Shown here: positions 1-11,540 of the stretch, in pieces
Layout of the letters: each line of letters opens with the position of its first letter
Position numbering within the stretch: the stretch's first letter is position 1
From: Azolla caroliniana
Taxonomy: Eukaryota > Plantae > Polypodiophyta
Reading direction: 5' to 3'
DNA: 45,593 nt
Assembly (NCBI GenBank): GCA_043228905.1
Contig: JBHGNT010000246.1
Span: 1-45,593 of the forward strand
Notes under the pieces: generated by a model
The model's input: only the letters and a program-made list of their open reading frames with translations
What the model was told of the DNA's origin: nothing
The model's database searches: none
Program-made: the position numbers and the translations under genes

Positions 1-2
1 AG

Positions 3-245
3 TACTTGGTGAGTTATGAGTTTGATTGGTCTCCAAGATCCTATAAGCTGCTTGTTCAGGTTTTTAGGGGCGCCTGGTTTTTTGGTTGGCATCGTGAAAT
101 GGAAATAAATTCCTCTTGCTAGAGGAGTGATCATGGTTCGATCTCTAGTGCTGCTGATGATTTTCCATATATCACCGAGCTCGAATCTGAATCTGAATCT
201 GAATCCGAATCCGAATTGTTGCCTAAAGTTCTTATCACAGCATGA
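3..245 (+). pseudogene. Possible 3' end of an unidentified coding sequence with one in-frame stop; contains an ESESESESE repeat
   Basis: Frame from base 3 reads YLVSYEFDWSPRSYKLLVQVFRGAWFFGWHREMEINSSC*RSDHGSISSAADDFPYITELESESESESELLPKVLITA* (TAG at 120-122, TGA at 243-245). (GAATCY)n at 183-217. No family recognised; truncated by the window edge. Confidence 0.2.
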
Positions 246-1293
246 AACTCCGGAATCTAATGATTGTACATAACTTTTATGTGTCACAATAAATACTATA
301 TACTCGTTGGACACTTTCATATAAAGAAGGTTAAAAATAATAACCAAATGGACGTTCTTACTTAATATGAAAGAACAACAGCATGAACATTCTTATTTAA
401 TCTAAGGAGAATTAGACGAAGTGTTCTGTAATGTGAAAGAAAGAACCAAATGAATGAGTGTATGCTCATGGTTGATATATGACATCTGGGATAATTGAAT
501 TAGAAGGAAATGCAGCTCTATTTCAATAAAGTCTTGGGATTTACATACAAGTGGGGCTCCTTAACACCACGCTGTATGTATACTTGTATACATTTAAAAT
601 AATTGGCACTCCAAACCGATATTTCACCATGTTTTGAAAGAAACAATTACAATTCGCATAGGATCACGTACATGTGACTTCGCTATTGATGGTATTATGA
701 CATTACCACCCAAGGGAAACAACTTTGGTCATAAAAATGCAATGAAGTAAAAATAGTGATTGGGCTATGAATATCTTCTAATTGTTTCCTTGTCCACAAG
801 ACAAAAGATAACTAAATGTAGCTAAATAACAAATGGAATTACAATGGCTCCTTACTATGGCATGAAGTGTGATAGACTTGATGTGGTAGCATCTCATTGG
901 TCCGAACAATGTGTACTAAATGATTTGAAGTAGTAACACAATTGATCAAAATGTGGCTTTTGTCTCATGTCAATGTAAGAGCTATTTTTGACCCCTTTAC
1001 AACTAAACGGTCCTTCCTTGCTTTGCACTTTGTGAATGGAGGCCTTAAGCTTGCAACTTTTGAGCAACTCCACAAAACTTATGTAGGCAAAAACTCACTC
1101 ACCGCAAAATTGTCGGAACCGCAAGCCGGTTGGTCGTCAAGGTAAGAGAGTGTGACAAGAATAGTCGGTATAAATTCCGAGGCAACATTCATTGTATGTG
1201 TATATGTATGGGCAAAATGGAAGTTTTTCATGAAATCTTAAGGCATTTTCATTCGTGTCCAGAAATCTTAATCCTGCTGGTGTAAAGAGGAAG

Positions 1294-1320
1294 GAAGAAG
1301 AAGAAGAAGAAGAAGAAGAA
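1294..1320 (+). repeat. (GAA)9 microsatellite upstream of the YqaJ-like gene
   Basis: Read directly from the sequence. Confidence 0.95.
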
Positions 1321-1377
1321 GAGAAAGAGAGTGGATAGGGATGAAGAAATGAGGCACCAAGCACACCATCATTATCC

Positions 1378-2660
1378 ATGAAGTGCCCATCCAAATTGCC
1401 CACCATCTCCATTACCACTACCACTACCACTGCCTTCTTCTTCTTCTTCCTCTTCTCAAGAAAGAAGTCATGCTTCTGCACCCTTGCTTCCCCTCGCCAT
1501 TCCACTTTCCTCTGTACCAAAGGTAACCACGACTACTCTTCTTTCTTTCTTCTATTCCCTTCTTCTACTAATCCATGTCTGCAGTTTTGTCTCATCTTTT
1601 TTCTTTCCCTTTTTCCTCCCTGTACTACCACTGTCCATTTTAAGAGTCTCCTTCTCTCTCTCTCTCCTACAACGAAATTGCAAAAGCATACCAAGATAAT
1701 TTGCGTTGTTTTTCAATAACCATGGATTAAAAAAATTCAAAGAGCACCTTAGGAACCTAGATGATGTATGTTTCCTTTTCTTGTGGAGATGGTGTATGTA
1801 TTAGATCAAGATGTTTTACTGAAAGTTGCATTGTTTTGCATTTTGGCATTTAATGCATTATTACTCACGAGAAACTCTTTTTCATTTTTTTTTGTTGCAA
1901 AGGCAAGATTGTGGGATGTGATGAAGTGAAACAAGGCAGTGATGAATGGCATGAGTTGAGGCATAACCGGCTCACGGCAAGCTCTTTCTCAACGGCCTTA
2001 GGGTTTTGGGGTGTGGAAAGGCGAGCTGAGTTCTGGGAAGAAAAAGTGGGGTTAAGAGACAAGTTTTCGGGTAACCCGGCAACCCAATGGGGAAGTACCC
2101 AAGAAGCATGTGCCATCAAAAGGTATCAAGAAGTAACGGGAAATGTGGTGCACTTGATGGGTTTCAAGATATACAAAGAAGATGATGATGTACAAGGATG
2201 GATGGGAGCCTCACCAGATGGTCTTATTCATCATTCATCTCTTCTTTCTACCCAGAAAGGAGGGATCCTAGAGGTTAAATGCCCTTATAATAAGGGTAAA
2301 CCCGAACATTGTTTACCATGGTTGAGTGCCCCTTACTACTATATGCCTCAAATGCAAGGTCTAATGGAGATTTTGGATAGAGATTGGCTCGATTTGTTCG
2401 TATGGACCTTGAATGGTTTCTCGATATTTCGTGTTGATCGTGATGCTAAGTATTGGGCATTGATCTATGGTGTATTGAGTGATTTTTGGTGGGCTAGTGT
2501 AGTTCCAGCCAAACAAAGCCTTTTATTGCAAAAGAATGTAGATGTGAACATTTATAAGCCTTTGGGGCTTCACCGAATGACAACAATCATAGTGAATGAG
2601 AGCAGGCGGCTTGCAAGCAAGGCTCCATTGATACAAAAAGAACTCATCAACAAACTGTGA
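1378..2660 (+). CDS. YqaJ-like viral recombinase / lambda-exonuclease-like PD-(D/E)xK nuclease (plant At1g67660/At1g13810-like); exons 1378-1522 and 1903-2660
   Basis: Exon 2 has YqaJ motifs QGSDEWHELRHNRLTASSF, WGSTQE, GASPDG, LEVKCP and YYMPQMQG. Exon 1 (145 nt, phase 1) ends AAAG|GTAAC; the acceptor TTTGTTGCAAAG|GC at 1902 follows a T-rich tract and gives an in-frame GGC. Exon 2 is secure; exon 1 is inferred from splice signals and phase. Confidence 0.88.
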
Positions 2661-3021
2661 CCACAAGATTGTCATAGTTGTCGTTACTTTTTACAACTGG
2701 CATGACATGAAAACTCATTGACATTGGGGACCCAATTTTTTGATGCAGTGAAAGCATGGATTCTTCAACAATCTTTGAAGAATGTTTCAATGCTATGGTA
2801 CTCGATTCGACACCATTTAGTGGAATGATTTTCGGGGGATTCCAGATGGATGTAATTTTCTTCTCCTGAGCATAATGATTTTCTATTCTTATCTAGAGGC
2901 GATTGTATCTATTCATGCATGCGAGGCATGTAATGCATGATTTTGGAAGATTGGTTTCTCATATTTTTAAGGGGTAAAAATTACACTATGCCTAGTGCGT
3001 AAATGGGGCCTATATTACCGA

Positions 3022-3946
3022 TTTTGGAGTTCTTCCGGTAGATAATCATTTTACTAACACATTGTGACAAGTTTGTTTGCTGGTGGTTTCTTGATTTATA
3101 CACAATTTGAATCATAAACACTCAACTGTCACATAGTCATGATCACCTTGCTCGGCCACACCACTAATAATCAATTTGGGACTAGATTTATTTAATTATT
3201 GTGGAATATGTAGACTGTAGGTGGAGCTACTTTTGTAGGTGAGGAAATTGGGTCGATCGTGCATCATATGAAACTAAACTACATCAGTCTTTCTTGTTAT
3301 ATGTAAATGTTGAATTCAAGCAGTTTTGGTTTGGAGTTCTTCCGGTAGATAATCATTTTACTAACACATTGTGACAAGTTTGTTTGCTGGTGGTTTCTTG
3401 ATTTATACACAATTTGAATCATAAAACACTCAACTGTCACATAGTCATGATCACCTTGCTCGGCCACACCACTAATAATCAATTTGGGACTAGATTTATT
3501 TAGTTATTGTGGAATATGTAGACTGTAGGTGGAGCTACTTTTGTAGGTGAGGAAATTGGGTCGATCGTGCATCATATGAAACTAAACTACATCGGTCTTT
3601 CTTGTTATATGTAAATGTTGAATTCAAGCAGTTTTGGTTTGGAGTTCTTCCGGTAGATAATCATTTTACTAACACATTGTGACAAGTTTGTTTGCTGGTG
3701 GTTTCTTGATTTATACACAATTTGAATCATAAAACACTCAACTGTCACATAGTCATGATCACCTTGCTCGGCCACACCACTAATAATCAATTTGGGACTA
3801 GATTTATTTAGTTATTGTGGAATATGTAGACTGTAGGTGGAGCTACTTTTGTAGGTGAGGAAATTGGGTCGATCGTGCATCATATGAAACTAAACTACAT
3901 CAGTCTTTCTTGTTATATGTAAATGTTGAATTCAAGCAGTTTTGGT
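3022..3946. repeat. Tandem triplication of a 307-308 bp unit
   Basis: Three near-identical copies starting at ~3023, 3331 and 3639. The identical ORF-track entries 3297..3482 and 3605..3790 are 308 bp apart. TTTTGG microhomology at the junctions. Confidence 0.97.
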
Positions 3947-4449
3947 ATCAAATTTTGGCAATGTCAAAATTTCCATCGTGCATAAAACTTCCCCAAACTA
4001 ATAACATGTTCGTATAGTACCTAGAGTGGACTAAAATGTAAGCTATTTGATTGAGAATTCAACATTGATAGCTAGTGAGAAACTTTTTACTAGTTTTGAT
4101 ATCGGCGAGGATTTTCAAATATTGGAAATATGTGATGTAGAACCGATCCTCCATAGCGAAATGTCCAAAACTCAATGATGGATTTGTGGTTTGTGTTATA
4201 AAACAAAACACACTTTTGATTCCCAAGATAGTATTGCATACAAACTATTTGCATTATTATTAGAGAATAGAATAGACATTTTATTGTCTTCGAGGAAGCC
4301 AAATTTGATGTTATGTACACATAACGCATGTGAGGGTAGGTCACTGATATTCACATAAGTGAAGGGTATGTTCATTAATGTTAGAAAGGAACTAATGTGA
4401 TTGGATAGAAGGAATGATAGGTGCATGCACTATCATGATCTTGACAACC

Positions 4450-4900
4450 AATGAATGGAGAGTATTTTAGAAAGGCACATCTATTCAAGGGCCTAAGAAG
4501 AGGTATAAATATGAGGTTTATCTACCCTCATAAGCATACTACGTCAAAAGGTTGCCGTCTTAAGACACCGGTGGTGTGGGTTAGGCTTTTGTCGTGATGA
4601 TCGTGTTATCTCTTTGAAGGTATTAATCATCCTAATGTCCGACGGTATGGGATGTCAGTGGTAATTTGGCTATGTCTTGTTCATAGCTCGAGGGTGGTCA
4701 GGTGGAACGGGTTCTTCTATCCAATCAATTTACCTTATTTTACTTTATTGGTCTATTGATCAGTATTAGACTCTTAATATTTGACCTATGTCACAATGTT
4801 TGAGAGAGAGGGTTATGTGTGGTAACTTGGGAGACCAAAACCTTACGCTTTTAGGCCCTACATTCTACAATGGCATCTAGAAAATTAGGGAAAAAGAATT
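4450..4900 (+). mobile_element. Degenerate LTR-like remnant related to the segment near 8560-8700
   Basis: TATAAATATGAGG-N9-CCTCAT (TATA box plus small stem) occurs at ~4504 and ~8623. PBS-like TGGCATCTAGA at ~4871. Boundaries not resolved. Confidence 0.3.
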
Positions 4901-7444
4901 GTATGGTCGTGTGTAGGTAGTCCTACAAATTTGCTACTAGGGTAAGCTAATGGAGAGCAAGATTGAGCGTGAGAGTGAAAGTAACATTTGAGAGGAGAAG
5001 ATTGACTTTAGAGGATTTTTTTTTTGTACTATACAATCATAAGACAAATTACAACAATTCACTTGATGCCCTATTGCACATGCTATTTGGAAATGTTTAT
5101 CGGAAATATGGCAAGTTTTTGACTTCTCTGATGCCTAGAAAATGTGTCCTTAGCCAATATTTGTAACATAGATCGAAGGATGAGATAGAAAACATATTCC
5201 AAATTTTAAGGTATTGGAGATTGCGGCATAACTAGAATATGCACAATAATTTCATGTTTCATGGAAGAAATATATTAGAAAGTTGAAAGGCATAGTTATG
5301 TGGCAAATGTGGATGTTGGCTCGTGTGGGGATTGTTTCTTCATGTGAGTATTCACCATTTATGATGATATGCCAACAACATTATATGGTTTTTGCATACG
5401 ATTAATTTAATGTGTTCACGAAAATAAAGGATAGATAGACAAAGGGAGGGAGAAGGAGTATGGTTTTATTGTGGGTAACGGGTTCATCACAATAATTGCA
5501 ATGTCCTTCAAGGAGTTGCTTGGCATGCAATTGTTTATGACTAGTGAGGTGATTAGAGCATGCCATGAGTTTAATGATGTGGTTAGATGTATTGTGCATG
5601 ACCCTAAGTCATGAATTGCATGTGAACCTCACAAACTATGTTTCTAGGCAATATTCCAACATTTTAAAGGGGATTTTGGTGATATGCTTGACTTCAATGT
5701 CCAATGTTCTTGGGATTCTGGCACTAGGCATCACGAATAGCAGATTGACTAGAAGGCTAGCTTCAAAGGTAGACCTTCGATCGAAGCCTTGAATTGAAGC
5801 TACCCTTCACTTGAAGGTTGAGAGTCAAAGCAAGCCTTCTCTCAAATTCTTTGGTTCGAAGCCTTGAGTTGATGGTTCACCCCTCGAGTGTCAAAAGGTG
5901 GGGAAATTAAATCATTTAACAAAATTGAAAATGTGTCCTCTCTCTCTCATTTGATGGTAAACTCCCACAAATTTATGTTTTTGATCTCCTTGTCGGGTGT
6001 CGTTTGGTGGATACGACATTAGCTTCAGTTCGTGTAGATTTACTCGTATCTTCATAACATTTCTCTTGGGGGTTCGAATCAAGATCCGAAAACTCCATCA
6101 CAACTCTCAAGGCGAAATCTTCAACACAATAATCCAGAATTTGTAATTCGTTGAATTTGTTCTAGATTCATGTAACTTTGTGTCCCACACTCGGCTTTAT
6201 GAGCTGAAAAGTTCAACGGTGTTCCTCGTTTGATCCGGATAGAAGATTTAAAATCAATAGTAAAATAACAATTTACACTAGTTCAACTTGTAATTGGACT
6301 CTTGATTCATGAATTGAGAAGATACAACATGATTTTCTAACGACTCCATTATGTGGAGTAGCTTAAAAGATAGATAGATAAAGAAGATAGAGATGTAAGA
6401 TTTGTGGGTGGAGCTTCGGAGGGATATCCTCAAGTTTTGGTTCAGGGGAGTAGTGAGATAGCTTAGTTGCCTCTTACCGATGGTGCCCTTGAACACGCTC
6501 TCTATTCACTATCCTGGGCCCATTTGAAATTCCAGCACCACTTTTGCTTTGATCCAAAATCCTGATCCCCTCAATGATCTCTCCTTGTCATTTATAGGCC
6601 TATGTAGCTCCTTAAGAAAATAAAAATAAAAATTGTTGTTGAGCGGCAAGCTGAACCGGATCCGGATTGGCTGAATAAGCCCGAGCCGGATCGGCATATG
6701 GAAGGATGAGCCAGGGAGCAAGTGAGCCGGTGAGTTGGAGAGCCAGTTAGCTGGATCCAGCAGTAACCGGAAGCCTAGTGGCAGCCTAGACTACTAGGTA
6801 GTTAATAGTCTCGTAGTTAGTGTTAGACTTCTGTGTGAACATTGAAGTATGTTGTACTTCTGTCAGTCCTTTGAGGACTCGTATAAGTAGTGCTGTTGAG
6901 CACGTTGTATATACATATACAGAGAAAACTATTATTGTTTGGTAATAGAATTTTAACGTTCTGCTTTTTCTCTGTCTCTCCCGTGTACTGTGTATATTCA
7001 AGCTCTCCATTAAACCTGCGTTTTCTGTGTTTGGTCTTCTATCACTTCCGCACGTTATTCCTTTCACAATTGTCTTTTCAAGAATGCACTCCTTTTCCTT
7101 GACCACTTGGTATGAGCATAAATATCAACCTCCATGTTCATCCATTCACATTCCTCTCGTTCATCCCGCTAGCAATATCTTGATTTGTCATAGTCTATTT
7201 ACAACTCGAACCCTTAACATCCCTCTCCCAGAAAAAGCTCTTTGTCAATTGGGCTGCACCTTTTTATTGTTTTCAATAATATATTCATTCTTAGTGTACC
7301 TTTGATCTATCCTTCAACCTTTCATATGTCTCCAGTCTAACTGATGTTTTCGTGCGCTCCCCACATCACGACAAAGTAGAAATATATTGCATATTGTGTT
7401 TAATATTCAAATGCCCATAATTTATGTTGAATTGATTATGGCCC

Positions 7445-8070
7445 AATTAGATTTCAAGAAACCTTATGATCGTGTTAATTTTTCCTTGCTTTCATGCTTT
7501 TAATGCATACAATGGACTTTTGACCACATATGTCCCTCTTAATATTTTTATTAGGGCAAAATATCGTGTCCCAAGTAATGCTTAATGGTATAGTGACATC
7601 AAATATTGCCCTTACAAGATCAATTAGTCCACAATGCCCATTTAACCCATTGTTGTTTCATAAGCTACTCATCCCTCGTTGGGTTATGCTATAAAGACAT
7701 GTGCAACTAATGACAATATTGTGGATCTACACCTTCCTTTTGATGGATAATTAACAATGCAAACTTTGGCAAATGATTTTTTGTGTGTTTCTACAAGCCT
7801 TACGTGAGAATCTTGAGACGAGCATGCTTGTACTGGACCAATTTACTTTGGCGTTTGGATTACATATTAATTGGAAGAAACTTTGCCTCCTCTCATGCAT
7901 TGATAGGGATTTGGAATATTTAGGATGACCATGATTTGTGGTTCAAAAGGCTTCATTTTTTTACATTTAGGGTATCCATTGAGAGTGAATTCTATAAATG
8001 TCCAATTGATAATGGATGACTAGTAAGTTGAGGAATAAGTTCATGCATTGGAAGTCACAATCTTCACTAT
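7445..8070 (+). pseudogene. Highly degenerate L1 reverse-transcriptase fragment
   Basis: Relic motifs in the correct order across frameshifts: LDFKKPYDRVN (~7447), RSISPQCPFNPLLF (~7617), LHINWKK (~7860), HLGYPL (~7964), KLRNKFMHWK (~8026). Confidence 0.75.
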
Positions 8071-8934
8071 TTCATGTGTGCCTTAAAGTTGCATGCATTA
8101 TGGAACTACACCGTTTCAAGGTGCATATGAGAACACATCTATTAATTGACGAAGTCCAATGTCCTAAACCAAAGATTTAGAGTGTTGTATACCCTATTTG
8201 TTACGGGCATGACCATAATTTATCCCTCAGTAAGTTCTACCATAGTATTCTACACACAAGGTAAAGTGTGAGGGTTAATTGAGAGTGTAAAAAAGGGAGG
8301 ATTACTTTTAATCCTAGGCATAATATGAACCATATGTGCATTCGCATTCGAGAATGTTTCAACCATTCGAGTATGGTAAACACCCTCGAAGTATGGTAAA
8401 TACCATACTTTTGTATTCATTATTCATTATAAGGTAACTTTTTTTAAGGTAAAAATTGTAAAAAAAAACATAAGGATGTTTTGATAACATGCACATTTGT
8501 TTGCATTCGTATGAAAAAGAATGTTTGCCAATGCATTTGAGTATATTATGTACTATGATCCTAAGACTTGAGACAACCCATAAGGCCCAAGTGTGAACTT
8601 GCTTGGGGCCCTTAGGTTTGGCTATAAATATGAGGCCTAACTACCCTCATTAGACACATCATTTGAGTACGTTGAGACTGTGACCTTGGGTAAACAAACT
8701 CTTGTAGCGCGCATGCTAATACTAGGTACAACTCGATGCCATGGCGGTGGTTTGGGACGTTGACCAAGGCTTGAGTTTGTCTTGATCTCTTCACTTGGGG
8801 GTGATCGGGTGGATCAACACCCTTCTTTCTCTCTCTTTTTTCTTATCATTTTGGGGGCTATTTCCCCCTCACATTAAAGTTTTCACATTTTTCAATTTTA
8901 CCTTTATTCACTTTTTAAGCTTCTTCTTCCAATT

Positions 8935-9190
8935 GAGCCTCCTAACTTAGATTTGAACCTTATTTCTAAATCATTCTCCTAATTCTGATTTGAACCTTAT
9001 GCTCAAATTGTTCTCCTGACTCAGATTTCATGCATCATATTTGAGTAGTTCTCCTAATGAGGTTGTCCAAGCTTCTTCCATTAATCGTTGTTCTAACTTA
9101 GATTTGAAGTTTTTTCCAACACAAATCCTCCACACTTAGATTTAAAGTTTTGGCCAACACGAGTCCTCCTATCTCCAATTTGAAGCAATT
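8935..9190. repeat. Degenerate ~37-bp minisatellite (core CTCCTAACTTAGATTTGAA)
   Basis: The core recurs about 6-7 times at roughly 37-38 bp spacing. Confidence 0.65.
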
Positions 9191-10329
9191 CTTCCATGAA
9201 TCGTAAGCGGTTCATAGATAGGGGCGCTTCCTCCTCATGTTCATTTTTGTTCTCACATTCTCATGTATATTTTTGCATGTTCATCTTTCTTCTTCTATTT
9301 CATTGTTTTGGTTTTCTTGTTTAGGAAATTTCTATGTGATTCCTTGTTAGATTCAATTTTTTATATTGCGTGTTCATCTTTCTTCCTCTATTTCTTTGTT
9401 TTTATATCTAAAATCATCATTGCTTTTCTTGTGTACGAAATTTTTATGTGATTCTTATTGATTGATTATGCTTGCAAGTCCCATTTGGTAACATTAGTCT
9501 ATTCTTTTTAACGGTAACCTTTATTTCATTAATTACTTTCTGTGGTAATCTTTTTTAAATAATACATATATTGAAAATGGTAGTCATCAATGAGATTGAC
9601 GTGTCTTGTTTACCAATAGATCAGTATAAATAATAGGTGTAATGCTTTAAGCATGACCTATGTATCAGTTTCTGAGTTATGGAGTTATTCAATTTCTTCA
9701 AAACAATAATCATTTGAGTGGCATATAGTCTTTCATGTCTTTTAAGAACCTGTAATAGTTTGTTTTTTTTTCCATAAAACATATGCTCCATTGGTATTAA
9801 TAAAAGGCCAGAGGTAGTATACAAATAATATATAATATTGTTTCATCTCCACAAGTATATATTATGAAAGACAAGACCAAGCTAGGAGACCACATATAAA
9901 GGTGAAAACAATCTCCAGCATGTAAAAAGAAGTTAGCTGAACTTGATTCCACATCTGCCAAAACTCTTGGTTTTCCACCCTTGTCTGAATATACACCTGC
10001 ATGAATCCTTTGATGACATAAGAAGAGAACATCTGCTCTGCATTCCTACTCAGAGTACCCAGCTTTTTCGAACTTCATTTTTCCACATTAGACCTCAACC
10101 TTTCACAACAAAAATGCCTACAAAATCCACCAGCTTTATAAATCCTGTAATGTGATCACTTTATCAACGAATTCCAATGTCTAGAGTCGAGCAATGTCTT
10201 TCAATGACAACAACACATTTGGCTTGAGTTGTTGTGTATTAAATGCTTCAAAGAGACAATTGTGAAGGGGTGATGATATCATTAAAAACTCCTAGCTTCA
10301 AAGCATGTATTCACGTCGACCCTCAAGAA

Positions 10330-11540
10330 AATGCTTCCAACTCCACACCATCAACACTCATAAAACAAAAAAGAAAACGAGTCTACTCTCCCATCGTGAA
10401 GTATGCTTCAGCCCCCGACAACCTCATGACTCATCCTTATGAAACAAAGAATCTGTTTTGTTTTCCCCATCCAACATCTAGTCAATTACCACCAACGTCC
10501 ACATCAACCACCTCTCGTCGTAGACCACCAAAGCCCTATACATACAAAAAACATAATGACACTCTCTCCGGATCCCCTCATGAAATTATGCTTCTTCCCC
10601 CGACACCATTGTTAGTCATCCTTGTCAGAAATAGATAATGTGCTTCGTTTTCCATATCAAGAGTGTCATCATTTACTACCAAGGTCTTTGAGATTGGAAG
10701 ACGCGATGACCAACATCCAGTGTGCTCTCCTTCTCCCGTCATGAAAGTATGCTCAGCCCCTACACCATCAAAAAATAGAATGAATCACTCTCCTCAGACA
10801 CTCATAAAAATTGCTTCACCCTCCAACACCATCTTCACTCATCATTATAGAAAATCTGCTTCATTTTCAGCAAATTCTTGTACCTACTCATAATATTTTG
10901 CTTCACCCCCCACACCGTCTTCGCTCATCCTTATCCCTCAAAAAATTTGCTTCTTAAGTCCACATCAACCATCTCGCCGATTAGCACCAAATTCCTGTAT
11001 AAATAATAGCAAAATGGTTATAAAATGTTTCCTCATCCCCTCATATATTTGCTTCAACCCCCACACCATTGTCACTCATCCTCTCGTCATGAATAAACTG
11101 TATAAAGACAATAACTATATGACAACAACGACCAGACGATCCTGTTTGTTGCACTCCCTACGACACCTAAAATCTTACATGACAACAATGACAATACGAT
11201 CCTGTATGTTGCACTCCCTAAGATGAAACCTAAAATCTTCTTCACTCCGTCCCATGACACCGAATTCCATCAAACATCCTGACATATAGACAACAAACAA
11301 ATTAGTGTAAAAAATTTCCTCACCAACTCATGATAATATGCTTCAAATACCCTCAAAAGAATTTTGCTTCTTAATTCCACATCAACCCTCTCGCCAATTA
11401 CCACCAAATTCCTGCTCATAATAATATGCTTCAACCCCACACCATCTATAGTCATCCTTATCGCTCAAAAAGAATTTGCTTCTTATGTCCACAACAACCA
11501 TCTCGCCATCTCGCTAATCGGCACCAAATTTTGGCTTGCC
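10330..11540. repeat. Degenerate repeat array within the LINE-A 3' extension
   Basis: Motif TGCTTCA(A/C)CCCC(C)ACACCATC...TCATCCTT at ~10404, 10589, 10750, 10812, 10899, 11050 and 11427, often followed by TTTGCTTCTTA-TCCACATCAACCATCTCGCC..CACCAAATTCCTG. Also a 2x ~60-bp direct repeat at ~11118-11240. Confidence 0.8.

Noticed and set aside
1137-1740. ORFs 1137-1520(-), 1484-1699(+), 1552-1740(-) and the unspliced tail of 1378-1719
   Set aside because: Low-complexity products of microsatellites and intron sequence.
3297-3790. Two identical 61-aa minus-strand ORFs
   Set aside because: By-product of the 308-bp repeat; the equivalent frame is shifted in copy 1 and has no recognisable motif.
5900-7130. 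Possible LTR or other TE with a CCGG-rich patch at 6640-6790
   Set aside because: I could not identify termini, a TSD or coding motifs.
8389-8410. Palindrome AAGTATGGTA-AA-TACCATACTT as a Helitron end or terminator
   Set aside because: AT-rich with no CTRR at the expected distance; intrinsic terminators do not apply in this context.
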